This document shows, in pieces, positions 35,383 to 46,774 of a stretch of 64,000 bases of DNA. The translations under genes were made by a program, and so were the position numbers. The notes below the pieces were generated by a model, which made no database searches, had not been told where the DNA came from, and worked only from the letters and a program-made list of their open reading frames with translations. Source of the stretch: Macrostomum hystrix (taxonomy: Eukaryota; Animalia; Platyhelminthes). Each line of letters opens with the position of its first letter. Position 1 is the first letter of the stretch. The stretch covers positions 12,586,001 through 12,650,000 of the forward strand of contig CATNEN010000039.1 of the NCBI GenBank assembly GCA_950097015.1. Reading direction: 5' to 3'.

Positions 35383-35690
35383 CCAGCAGAGAACTAATGT
35401 CCCCCCAGCAGCAGAGAACTAATGTCCCCCCAGCAGCAAAGAACTAATGTCCCCCCAGCAGCAGAGAACTAATGTCCCCCCAGCAGCAGAGAACTAATGT
35501 CCCCCCAGCAGCAGAGAACTAATGTCCCCCCAGCAGCAGAGAACTAATGTCCCCCCAGCAGCAGAGAACTAATGTCCCCCCAGCAGCAGAGAACTAATGT
35601 CCCCCCAGCAGCAGAGAACTAATGTCCCCCCAGCAGCAGAGAACTAATGTCCCCCCAGCAGCAGAGAACTAATTCCCCCCCAGCAGCAGA
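35383..35690. repeat. 25-bp minisatellite (AGCAGCAGAGAACTAATGTCCCCCC)
   Basis: 12 copies. Confidence 0.95.
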
Positions 35691-36051
35691 TAGTTAATTT
35701 GGGTGCTGTAGATGCTAGCTATAGAAGTCCAGTGCTTTGGTACGCAAGTAAGAAGCCTATAAAGGCAATTTAAAAGTTTATGATTCAAAGTTGCCTTTGA
35801 GTCTTTTATGTTTATACTAGCTTTTTTGCCGTTGTTTTTGGGGCAGAAATTTAAAGCAAAGCAGTAAGCAATTCACGTCTCTGTATTTACTTTATAGTGA
35901 AGGTCACCATTTATTTATTTACTGCATTAATGAAAAGTGAAGAGTTTGTTTAAGGGCGTTTTAAGTAAAAAATAAGTGAAAAGTTTGTCCAAACAGCCCC
36001 CTCTTGATTACTTCTTTAGAAACATGTCTCTTAGCCACTCCTCTATACAGT

Positions 36052-36325
36052 CAGTGGCAGATCCAGGAATTTTGTTTTGGGGCGGTCTGTCAGGGGAGCG
36101 CCATGAGAATCACAGAGGGGGTGCCAGCGGCCGAAAAAGGGCGCCAGGAGCCAAGAAAGGGCACCAGCGGCTGAAAAGCGGGAGCCAGCGGCTGAAAAAG
36201 GGGCGCCAGCGGCCGAAAAGGGGCGCCAGTGCTGCGACTGGCGCCCCTGGTGGGGGCATCTTATTCCCATGATTAAAATTTAGGGGGGGCGACTGCCCCC
36301 CCGCCCCCCCCTAAATCTGCCTCTG
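36052..36325. mobile_element. hAT-type MITE nested in the Helitron
   Basis: TIRs CAGTGGCAGAT / ATCTGCCTCTG; perfect 8-bp TSD TATACAGT (36044-51 and 36326-33). Confidence 0.88.
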
Positions 36326-36477
36326 TATACAGTATGCATGTACACGCGTATACATAAGGAAAATAGCCATGGCATAACAATAACAATGTCAAAGAAACAA
36401 AATTAAACTGTTTCAGAGTTCAGAGTTAGACAGGTCAAGGTCAATTCGTGACTACTTTTCTATTAATTGCTTGCGAG

Positions 36478-37050
36478 TCACCTCAAGGCCTGGGGATACA
36501 CCACATTCTTCGTTCTTCCCCTTGGTGCGAAAATGAATAGGCCAGCTGGAGTTCCAACACGGGAGCAGGCGACATAAAGCTGCCCATGCGAGAAGCAAGG
36601 AGTCTCCAGGTTGATGCCAGCCACCTTCAGCGACTGTCCCTGAGCCTTGTTAATAGTCATCGCAAAGCACACTCTCACAGGGAACTGCAGTCGCTTGAAC
36701 TGAAATGGCAGGTCCGTGGGGATAATTGGAATCCGGGGAACGAACACAGACTCTCCTCTGCCAGATCCAGCCATTATCGTGGCCTCAATCACGTGTGGGA
36801 AGAGCCGCCTGACTATCAGTCTGGTGCCGTTACACAGCCTTGGCGCATTCAGGTTGCGGAGGAGCATAATTGGTGCCCCAACTTTCAGCTGCAAGTTGTG
36901 CGATGGAGTTCCAGGAGGATCTAGAGAGTTCAGAAACTCAACAGGATACTCCACAGCGGTGTCATCAGTCAACGTTGTATCAATTGACTTGTAGGTGAAA
37001 ACTGCACCTGGCAACTCCTGAAGCAGTTGGTAGTTAATTTCTAGGACACA
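36478..37050 (-). pseudogene. Helitron Rep/Hel fragment: PIF1-family helicase C-terminus
   Basis: LKVGAPIMLLRNL..PRLCNGTRL, RLQFPVRVCFAMTINKAQGQSL, FSHGQLYVACSRV, TKNVVY; N-terminal part missing. Confidence 0.9.
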
Positions 37051-38684
37051 GAATTGCCCTCTCTGACAGCCAGTCAACGTCAGCATATCGAGAGAAATAG
37101 GCTGGCTGGAGAGAAATATCAACCGGAGAGCCCTGCGCACTGGGACGCCACCGCACTCACCGCACTCAGTCTCAGTGCTGCTTGGGGGCCAGTAGACAGT
37201 CTAGGGGTTCGGGCTGTGTACATTCACGGCTTGAAATACAATGTACAGTCTGGGGCTTCGGCGCCCGGGGAAGGGAGGGGGTGGCTGTAATAAAATTTGG
37301 CCCGCAGAGTGGCGGAGGGGAGTTGGGGTGGCTGTCCTCGGAAAACAAAAAGTGACTCACTTTGAGATGATGCAGCTTTGCTCTGGATTGAGTAGAGATG
37401 TTTAAAATTGACAGCATTGTTGGAAAACATGTAAAGTGTAAGTGGATCAAATTTGGAGAAAATCTGACAAAGTGGGGCGACGATATGTCGAATTGAGTGA
37501 TTTTTTGACGATTTTTGAGCAGTTTTTTGCACTTTTGAGCAGGAATGAAATGATTTTTCGGGAATTTGAGTAGCCTATTGCACTCAGCGTAGGTGGTTTT
37601 AGGTATGTGCAAAGTTTGGTGCGATTTGGTTGAGCGGTTTCGGCGTCTATAAAGACAAAAGGTTGCACACAGACAGACAGACAGACAGACAGAGTTTTCA
37701 CTTTTATATATATAGATGCTCATGAATTGCACGAATCAGCTGACATTAATTGTCAAGACTTGCAATTTTCATGCAGCAAAAATGTTTCTCGACTAGGGCA
37801 TGCTCGCAAGCTTTCAAATTATAGCAGGCTTCATATCAACTGATAGAATGCAGCAATGTGACAGAAAACAAAAAATCCAATAAGCAGCAGCTAACGAAAC
37901 GACAATGCCTCTCGATAATTGACATTAGGGTGGCTGACGGTTCGATGTTATTGACGAATTAAAAAATTTTCATAAGAAGAAAAGATAAATGACGTGTCTT
38001 GACAAACTCAAATTCAGGTCCAATTTCATAAAAAGCATCCCACTGGAGACCAGTGCGTCTAGTTTTACCTGCCCGGGTACAAGCCAAGCCTTGAGTCATT
38101 GGAAACGAAAGGCTATTGTTTTAAACTAATTCGTATTCTAGCTACTATAGGCAAGAAGCATGGTTCACTGCAGCAGTTAAGGTAACTGACAGCCTTCATT
38201 CCCCATCAAGATGAGACCCCTGGCTACACCAAAAACGCCTGATGGCGCCCCTCTCTACTTCAGTGCGTCCGTGTCCCATCTTGCCCAATCCGTTGCCAAT
38301 GCGACCCACTGTACTAGACTGGAGGTTTTAAAGATCTGTGTAAGGTTGCCAGTGAGACACTCACATTTTAATGAAGGCACTAAGCATCGGGAGACTAAAA
38401 TGCTAAATGAATGTAGCCAGAAGGAAGCCATCGCCAACCATCACTTTCAAAACTGTGGGAAGTTTCTTTCCGTCTTCACGGAAACAAAACAACCTTAATG
38501 AGTTGTCAAGAGATGAGAAATTTCCGCTCCAGCACTTCAGCTCTGCACCGCTCCCAGCCTCCCAGTGCTCGGCCAACCAACTCATGCGTGTCTGAAATTA
38601 AGGCTAATAAATATGGAGAGAATAAAATGCTACACGCACAATTAAACAAGGGAAAATACAAGTGATTCCCGCGTGTTCCACCAG

Positions 38685-39656
38685 GGGCCAATTTCATGAA
38701 ACACTGCTAACGGCTATTTAGCAGCTGCTAAAGGCGGTTTGGTTTCACGAAGCAGATCTATGTCTATGTGTCAATGTGTCAGAGCACTGAGCTTACTAGA
38801 GTACATAATGGTAGGCGAGGGATCAACAGTGAAGCCCGCCCACTTCTTCCGAGCAATATTTGTCTATGGCCAAGACCACTTGTGCGGAGTCATGGAACCA
38901 CTGGCAGGTCAGCAGTTAGCAGCTGCTAAGAAGCAACTGCTATTTAGCTGTTGCGGAAAATCGATTTCACGACGAACTGCTAAGTTGGACAGAAACCTTA
39001 GCAGCCGGTTAGTGCCATAGACAAACTTAAAAGCGGTAGAGTAAGGGAGCTCACATAAAACTAGAAAGAGACAGAACGATTTTTGCCTGCCTCTGCTTGT
39101 CTCCACCAAATTTGTTCGCCTACGCATATGGCGTCCGTGGACCAGAAGAAGTACAAAGTACCATCAACGGCTCCGCACACAGACGGCATACCAGCAATGT
39201 CGTAGAATCGTTGTGCAAGACCATGGGGGTCAGGCCACCTGACCGTCTCATGGAACAGCTCCGCGTTAATTGCATTGGCCACGCGTCTCACAACTCGACA
39301 CACTGTTGACTCCGACGGTCCGTGGGCGTCTCGGATCACGTGGTAGAAGCTGCTGGTCGCAAAAAACCGCAGGGCAGTCAAAGTCTGCTCACGCGAACTC
39401 AAGGCGCAGCTTCGGTTGGTATAGCAGACTGCTACTTTCATGAAACCGAAAAATTTTTCTGCTGCTAAATCGGGGGTTCATGCCATAGACACTTCACTGG
39501 TAACAGTGGTCTCTCCACTCTCTTCACCCTCCACAGAGCTTTGTGAAAGCCGCCTTACAGCTCAGCGTGAAATATTCTTACCACAACTGCTAAATAGCAA
39601 CTGCTAAGTTAGCAGCTGCTAACTGCTAACTTAGCAGTGTTTCATGAAATCGGCCC
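38685..39656 (-). mobile_element. Non-autonomous (deleted) PIF/Harbinger transposon
   Basis: TIRs GGGCC(A/G)ATTTCATGAAACACTGCTAA at both ends; 3-bp TSD CAG; internal TTAGCAG repeats. Confidence 0.88.
39130..39420 (-). pseudogene. Harbinger (HARBI1-like) transposase fragment
   Basis: LSSREQTLTALRFFATSSF...SESTVCRVV...WP...FYDIAGMPSVCGAVDGT, truncated after the first catalytic D. Confidence 0.85.
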
Positions 39657-39660
39657 CAGA

Positions 39661-40407
39661 ATGTCAGTTCAAGGCTTAGCCATTGTGATGCTGAGCATGC
39701 AGGTGCTGGCAGTGCGGGCTCAGTGTCCTGCTCCGTTCAAAGAGGAGGCTGGCAGGTGCGTGTTCGTGAACAGCTCCCAGAGCTTCAGCTGGTGCTCGGC
39801 CAACCGGCAGTGCGCATCGATGGGAGGCGAGCTCATCAACTCGTACAGCTCGCTGCAGCTGCTGGGCAGCATGCCGAGTCTCAACTGCGGCAGCGCATGC
39901 TACAGCTGGCTCGGAGTTTCTGACTTGGCCGATGAGAGAAACACAAACAAACAGGGCTGGCAGCTGATCAATGGAAACGGAGAACTGCCAGTCGATGCAG
40001 CGCTCTGGACCTCACTTGATCCAAGCAATTCCGGGGGCAATCAGGACTGCATTTTACACTATTCAGCAGGCAAAATGGCTGACTACCAGTGCTCGGTTCT
40101 CAGTAGCTTCGCTTGCGAGTTCGTGGCTGCCGCTGCTCCGTCGCTGCCGCTCGCCAGTGCCTCATGGCTGCGGACTCCGTTCAAGCGAACCAGCTACAAC
40201 CCCAGCTCGGAGTACTGCTACTCTGACCTGCTGCAGGTGAGGAATGCCATGCACTGCGTTGCAGCCGCGATGCGTGCAGGCAGCAGCAGCAGACACGCGC
40301 TGTACAACAGCAGGCTGAGGACCTGCCGCCTGCTGCAGTTCACTGGCGCTCAGGTCGAGGAGGCGATCGAGACCAGCCCCGACTGGGTGAAGTTCAGATT
40401 GAATTAG
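39661..40407 (+). CDS. Secreted C-type lectin with C-terminal PAN/apple-like domain, copy 1 (248 aa, intronless)
   Basis: Signal peptide, CP..F...C, SWCSANRQC..MGGEL, WLG, DPSN..GNQDC, DYQC...FACE; tail C..LLQVRNAMHC...YNSRLRTCRL. Confidence 0.88.
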   Translation: MSVQGLAIVMLSMQVLAVRAQCPAPFKEEAGRCVFVNSSQSFSWCSANRQCASMGGELINSYSSLQLLGSMPSLNCGSACYSWLGVSDLADERNTNKQGWQLINGNGELPVDAALWTSLDPSNSGGNQDCILHYSAGKMADYQCSVLSSFACEFVAAAAPSLPLASASWLRTPFKRTSYNPSSEYCYSDLLQVRNAMHCVAAAMRAGSSSRHALYNSRLRTCRLLQFTGAQVEEAIETSPDWVKFRLN

Positions 40408-41777
40408 ACAAGTTCTAGCTGGCTTGACGCACAGGTTTGATAGAAACTCAACATCTCTGTGTTTCGCATTATTTGTGATAAATCCTGCTGAACACTTTGG
40501 AATCCTGGGCTCAGTAAGCCAGTCTGCCGAAATATCATACACGAGGTCTAACTTCGAGACAACCAGCCCGAAAGTATATGAGATCGGAAATCAAGCCGAA
40601 ATGCTTTACACACATAGCGTTTATCCGCCATACCTGTAGCGTGTAGAACCGGCTTAAGATAAGTGTCCAGAACAGTGAAATACTTCATTTAGTGTCTTGT
40701 CGAACCATCCTAGACAAATTAGAAATATATATACTTTTAATCTATAATAAGTTTACGGTACACTAATCTTAAGCTTCAGATCCTTTGACCATACTATACT
40801 GCCATTAATTAGTGCGTATTTTACCGCTACAACATTGTTCATTTAGAAAATATATATTGTCGAATATATATTTTGAACTTATCCACACGCGAACTGGTTA
40901 CGTCTCCATCCTTTTGACATGACTATTACTGACTGACCCTAAAAAGAGAGGTTTGTTTAAACCGAATTAGTACTTCTCAGCTTATTGTTCGGACCAGTGA
41001 CAACTAGATAATTATATACCCACTTGCAGTATATATAACTATATAACTAAGCATATAGTTATCTAGTTGTCCCTGTTCGGACTCACCTAACTGCATTTCG
41101 ATTTTTCATTGGAGCATAGATTCGTGAGCAGGTTAACATCTCATGGTCTCTTCATCAGTGGGAAATTTTGTCAACCATGTTCTTCCAGCGCATTAATATT
41201 TTAATAAATTTGACAAAAACAGTAATTGGAAACTACTGAGCAGGCCGACAGAACGAGTTTGAATCAGCACAAAATAACAAATCACAGACATGGGCCTCAG
41301 TATATTTTTGAAGAAAAAAGTGATAGGCTGGGCCAGGAACAGGCCGACAGAGCCAATGGGAAATGAGGGCGTGAATAAACTATGGACGACACCCGCAAGT
41401 GGAGGATCGATAATAGGCGACAGAGAATGTATTTGTCTAGGCTAGGATGTGAGGGGGTTAGCGCGACGGGGCACGGGGAAAAATCGATATTACTAGCGTG
41501 GATAGCATGATCGGGGCAGGCAAACAACAAGGGGCTATATGCAGAGCGAACAGCGCACTCGCAATACAAATTATTGCTTGCTTGATAAAACCAAGAGACA
41601 GGAACATTTTGCGACACGCATGGAGCAGAGTAACAAACCTTGAGAGACACCGAAAGTAACAGAAGCATCGACAGCAAAGCAGCAGATGCGAAGTAGCAGG
41701 ATGCGATAGCTCCAGTGATGGTATTTCAGTAAGTCTTTGATCCTCGGGCCAGAACTTCAATTCCCAGCAGCGCTAGT

Positions 41778-42527
41778 CTAATTCAGTCCGAACTTCACCC
41801 AGTCGGGGCTGGTCTCGATCGCCTCCTCGACCTGAGCGCCAGTGAACTGCAGCAGGCGGCAGGTCCTCAGCCTGCTGTTGTACAGCGCGTGTCTGCTGCT
41901 GCTGCCTGCACGCATCGCGGCTGCAACGCAGTGCATGGCATTCCTCACCTGCAGCAGGTCAGAGTAGCAGTACTCCGAGCTGGGGTTGTAGCTGGTTCGC
42001 TTGAACGGAGTCCGCAGCCATGAGGCACTGGCGAGCGACAGCGATGGAGCAGCGGCAGCCACGAACTCGCAGGCGAAGCCGCAGAGAACCGAGCACTGGT
42101 AGTCAGCGATTGACGCGCTGTTATCGAACAGCCGGACAACACAGTCCTGGTTGCCGTTCTTGTTGTTTGGATCCGTACTGGCCCACAGTGCATTATTCAG
42201 TCCAGGCAGCTCTCAGTTTCCGTTAATCAACCGCCAGCCGGATCTGTTCGTGCCCCTTTCCTGAGCCAAATCGGTCACTCCGAGCCAGATGTTGCAGCTA
42301 CAGTTGAGACTCGGCATGCTGCCCAGCAGCGGCAGCGAGCTGTTCGAGTTGATGAGTTCGCCTCCCATCGATGCGCACTGCCGGTTGGCCGAGCACCAGC
42401 TGAAGCTCTGGGAGCTGTTCGCGAACACGCACCAGCCGGCCTCCTCCTTGAACGGAGCTGGACAACCGATTGTATTCACAGCTAGATGGCTGACTATAGT
42501 GAGGAATATGATCTCTAAGGGTCCCAT
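41778..42527 (-). pseudogene. C-type lectin/PAN-like copy 2 with a single in-frame TGA (42215-42213)
   Basis: 750-bp frame colinear with copy 1; the TGA replaces the GGA (Gly) of copy 1. Confidence 0.82.
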
Positions 42528-43140
42528 GGACGATTCCGTTATAAAGTTGAGATGGTTTTTTAATTTTTCAGTTCATTGTAAGCTAATTTTTTGAATACTA
42601 ATATACATGTCAATGAATCTTCACAACTACGAGCGTAGCAGGAGTGATATTATCTTCCGCTTTTGGCTAGAAAATTGAACTGTTACGCTTTCAAAAGTCG
42701 CTTCTTCAACCTGGAGCGACTCTGCTTCTGCTTTAGCTCAAAGCTCGTCAAACAGCACGTGCCTTTGAATCGGGATCTGGTCCCCTTGGGCGAACTTCCA
42801 GATTCTCTCTGTTTTCTCTGTCGTGAAAATATTCAACGCGACAATTGCTACTGATTCCGACAAGTCCATCTGTCAGCTGTCACCGAATTCCAAAGAATAG
42901 CCGAGAGCCACTTTTCAGAATCATTTGAATTATTCAACTGTGTTGAATCTCGCCCCTTGACTTTAAACGAATGCACCTAAGGGCGATCGAAATTGATACT
43001 CAAAATGTTAAGCTGCGCGTAGCCATGGCAACCACACCTTAAATCTTCCTCCGATACCGATGGGATATTGCTTGCCACCAGTAAACATCTTTCCGGTAAT
43101 ATGTAGATACAATGAACCGAAACAATTAGACGGAGTTTCA

Positions 43141-43869
43141 ATGCAATCCTTTCCGCTACTGTTTTTAGTTTTTAGTATCGAGCAGTACTCAGCGCTCAAT
43201 CTCGCATGCCCCGCGCCTTTTGGACTCGAGGCCGGCAGGTGCGTGTTCGCGAACAGCTCCCAGAGCTTCAGCTGGTGCTCGGCCAACCGGCAGTGCGCAT
43301 CGATGGGAGGCGAACTCATCAACTCGAACAGCTCGCTGCAGCTGCTGGGCAGCATGCCGAGTCTCAACTGCCGCTGTGACATCTGGCTGGGTGGATCTGA
43401 CCTGGGTGGTGAAAGGGGCACGAGCAGGTCTGGCTGGCAGCTGATTCTCGATAGGGGCATCCTGCCGTTGGACAACAACCTGTGGGAGTCCACCAACCCT
43501 GACAGCAGGAATGGAAACCAAGACTGCCTCTGCCTGCAGGACTTCTCGTACGGAAAACTCACTGACAGCACCTGGCTTCGCCTGCGAGTTCGTGGTTGCT
43601 CCGTCGCTGTCGCTCGCCACTGCCTCATGGCTGCGGACTCCGTTCAAGCGAACCAGCTACAACCCCAGCTCGGAGTACTGCTACTCTCCCTGCTGCAGGT
43701 GAGGAATGCCATGCACTGCGTTGCAGCCGCGATGCGTGCAGGCAGAAGCAGCAGACACGCGCTGTACAACAGCAGGCTGAGGACCTGCCGCCTGCTGCAG
43801 TTCACTGGCGCTCAGGTCGAGGAGGCGATCGAGACCAGCCCCGACTGGGTGAAGTTCAGCCTTCAGTAA
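43141..43869 (+). CDS. C-type lectin/PAN-like copy 3 with two compensating frameshifts
   Basis: Open ORF, but about 43574-43690 is read in an alternative frame relative to copy 1, losing DxxC/FACE. Confidence 0.65.
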   Translation: MQSFPLLFLVFSIEQYSALNLACPAPFGLEAGRCVFANSSQSFSWCSANRQCASMGGELINSNSSLQLLGSMPSLNCRCDIWLGGSDLGGERGTSRSGWQLILDRGILPLDNNLWESTNPDSRNGNQDCLCLQDFSYGKLTDSTWLRLRVRGCSVAVARHCLMAADSVQANQLQPQLGVLLLSLLQVRNAMHCVAAAMRAGRSSRHALYNSRLRTCRLLQFTGAQVEEAIETSPDWVKFSLQ

Positions 43870-44137
43870 TCTACTGTAACCTGATCAGCCAGCATGCTGC
43901 TTTAAGAAATTCAAATCACACCATGGCATTACTGCGTATTTGCATTTGCCAGGATGTTTTTACGCTCGATTATTTTTATGTTGCGTCTAATTAATTATTT
44001 TTGGTCTGCTTCCAGAATATCAATTGTTTAACACGTCCGTGGGTTTTTTATGGAATTACACTTCTAATCATTATTTCAAAGCCCACAAATCCAAGCAAAA
44101 GTAGAGCAGAATCGCAGAAACAACATTTTCATTGAAG

Positions 44138-44470
44138 TGCCATTCCCTGCATCTGTGCCATTCCTCACCCTGCATCTGTGCCATTCCTCACCCTGCATCT
44201 GTGCCATTCCTCACCCTGCATCTGTGCCATTCCTCACCCTGCATCTGTGCCATTCCTCACCCTGCATCTGTGCCATTCCTCACCCTGCATCTGTGCCATT
44301 CCTCACCCTGCATCTGTGCCATTCCTCACCCTGCATCTGTGCCATTCCTCACCCTGCATCTGTGCCATTCCTCACCCTGCATCTGTGCCATTCCTCACTC
44401 TACATGTGTGCCATTCCTCACCCTGCATCTGTGCCATTCCTCACCCTGCATCTGTGCCATTCCTCACCCG
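44138..44470. repeat. 23-bp minisatellite (CTGCATCTGTGCCATTCCTCACC)
   Basis: About 14 copies. Confidence 0.95.
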
Positions 44471-44636
44471 ATGACTTGAGATTCTGATCCATTTCCAGTG
44501 ATACTCGCAACGGTTTTCATTGAGATTCTGATCCATTTCCAGTGATACTCGCAACGGTTTTCATTGAGATTTCTCACCCTTTCTCAGTTAGATTCAGCAA
44601 AGCCGCTAGCTTTGTTGAATGCAGAAGTACACCCGT

Positions 44637-44828
44637 CTTTACTCCCAAACCAATCAGCGAACTCGCCATTCTTTACTCCCCAACCAATCAGCGAACTCGC
44701 CATTCTTTACTCCCCAACCAATCAGCGAACTCGCCATTCTTTACTCCCCAACCAATCAGCGAACTCGCCATTCTTTACTCCCCAACCAATCAGCGAACTC
44801 GCCATTCTTTACTCCCAAACCAATCAGC
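44637..44828. repeat. 34-bp CCAAT-containing minisatellite (CCAATCAGCGAACTCGCCATTCTTTACTCCCCAA)
   Basis: About 5.5 copies. Confidence 0.93.
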
Positions 44829-45221
44829 AGTCAACAGACAGATTGAAGAATAGAAAAAGCAAAGCAGTGTGACAGAGTAAATTATTGCTTTCGCTCACTT
44901 TTGAAAGCAGCAAAACGATGACATGCTAAAACTGCTTTATTTCTTTTGCAAGCAAACTCTCTTACAGTCATAAACATGTCTGAATTGAAAATAACAGCCA
45001 ACACTAATCAGACAGTGCAATGAAGAATCGTAATAGCATACGTAAGCCAAGCTGTTTTAGGCTTCACCCTTAAGGCAAACCGGCTTAACACAATTGGAAC
45101 CTAGCTTAAAAAGGACTATCAATGCGGACAGGAAACTCAATAGAGATAATGAGACACAAGCATATGGCAAAAGAGAGTGGGCGAAAGAAGGCAGATTGAA
45201 GGACAAGTAAAGGGAGAAGCA

Positions 45222-45630
45222 AGGGCGACAGAAGCGTGACGCAAGGGCGACAGAAGTGTGACGCAAGGGCGAGAGAAGGGGGGACGGAAGGGCGAGAGAA
45301 GGGAGACGGAAGGGCGAGAGAAGGGGGGATGGAAGGGCGAGAGAAGGAAGACGGAAGGGCGAGAGAAGGGGGGATGGAAGGGCGAGAGAAGGGGGGACGG
45401 AAGGGCGAGAGAAGGGGGGACGGAAGGGCGAGAGAAGGGAGACGGAAGGGCGAGAGAAGGGAGACGGAAGGGCGAGAGAAGGGGGGACGGAAGGGCGAGA
45501 GAAGAGAGACGGAAGGGCGAGAGAAGGGAGACGGAAGGGCGAGAGAAGGGGGGACGGAAGGGCGAGAGAAGGGAGACGGAAGGGCGAGAGAAGGGAGACG
45601 GAAGGGCGAGAGAAGGGGGATGCAAGGGTG
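45222..45630. repeat. 22-bp purine-rich minisatellite (GGAAGGGCGAGAGAAGGGAGAC) just 3' of the TIMMDC1 stop
   Basis: About 18 copies. Confidence 0.93.
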
Positions 45631-45650
45631 AGAAATTGAGAGATTAGGAC

Positions 45651-46774
45651 TCAAGCCTGCCTGGTGGCGTTAATCTTGGCCATGAGCCTAAAGTCCCGTT
45701 CATATCGTTCCGTCAGCCTGTAGCGCCGCAGCTCCTCGTAGGTGAGGCCGCTGTACCAGGCGAGGCCATAGACAACGGAGCCGACAGCGGCGCCGACGAA
45801 GGCGCCAAAGACGGCGCCGCCCAGCATGGGCTGCAGGCCGTGCACCGAGCGCACGCAGGCGCCAGCCAGCAGACCGGATGGCACGAAATCGAATGGCGAT
45901 GACCGGCCGCGGTACGCAGCTACGCACTGGGAGCCGCCCATGAACAGCGGGGCGAAGATGAGGGCGCCGGTCGAGCGTTTCAGACCGATTCGAAGGCCGC
46001 GCATTGTGGCGTAGTCTGTCCGACGGCGATGGGCCTGAAGGCGAGATTTAAAGAAATACGTTTACAGATGACAGCGGAACATTGGCAAGATTGGGTTGAT
46101 GAAGTATGGATATGGGATTAGTAGGGTAAGGAGATACATTAGGAAGGTGGAATTTGGGATTAGGAAGGTGGGGATATGGGATTAGGAAGGTAATGAAATA
46201 GGATTAGGAAGGTGGGGATATGGGATTAGGAAGGTAATGAAATAGGATTAGGAAGGCGGGGAGATGGGATTACAAAGAAGATGGGGAAATGGAGTTGAGT
46301 CCGTTAGTCCAGGAACCCCACCTGTTGCCGGGTGCTAAACACAGTGAGCTTGTTTCTCTCCTCAAAGCTGACGTTGGCCTCTCGCCTCTCGCGCACAGTA
46401 TAGCGAACATTCAGGTAAGTGAAGGTTGCCATGGTTACAATCATGAGCGCGGCCAGCTCGTATGACGGCTCATTGTCCTCATTAAGGCTGTACAGGTCCT
46501 TGAGCCTGGCCAGGGCGCCCTCGCTGGCGAGCAGACGGTCCACATCGGTGTCAGTCAGGAGGGTGCCGCGGGCCACCGCCTCGGCAGAGGGCGCGCCGCG
46601 GGATCTCAAATAGGCGTCCCGTTGATGCAGCTGCAGCTCCATTGTGCCCAAATCCTTAGTCAAAGCATCGGGATCGTCAACAGTGCTACTGCCGGTAGAA
46701 TCAGCAGCGTGGCACTGGTGCGTTGCTGACAAACCGAGAAGTCGGCCTTTTCTGAGCAGGTCTGTGAGCAGCAT
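45651..46774 (-). CDS. TIMMDC1: Complex I assembly factor TIMMDC1 (Tim17/22/23 family; RPII140-upstream-like)
   Basis: Exons 46774-46322 and 46034-45651 (phase 0). Motifs G..RLKDLY...E.S.EL, AHRR...RG.RIG, YRG......F..SG..AG, GL..M.GGAVFGAFVG..VG, YSGLTYEE match TIMMDC1 as I recall it. Confidence 0.82.
46100..46300. repeat. Intronic ~22-bp repeat (GGATTAGGAAGGTGGGGATATG)
   Basis: Degenerate tandem copies. Confidence 0.8.

Larger units (their letters stand above)
35817..37716 (-). mobile_element. Internally deleted Helitron (~1.9 kb)
   Basis: 5' end A|TCTATATATATAAAAG followed by (GTCT)n; 3' end with a weak GCC..GGC hairpin then CTAG|T at 35817; contains the C-terminus of a PIF1 helicase. 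Confidence 0.78.
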
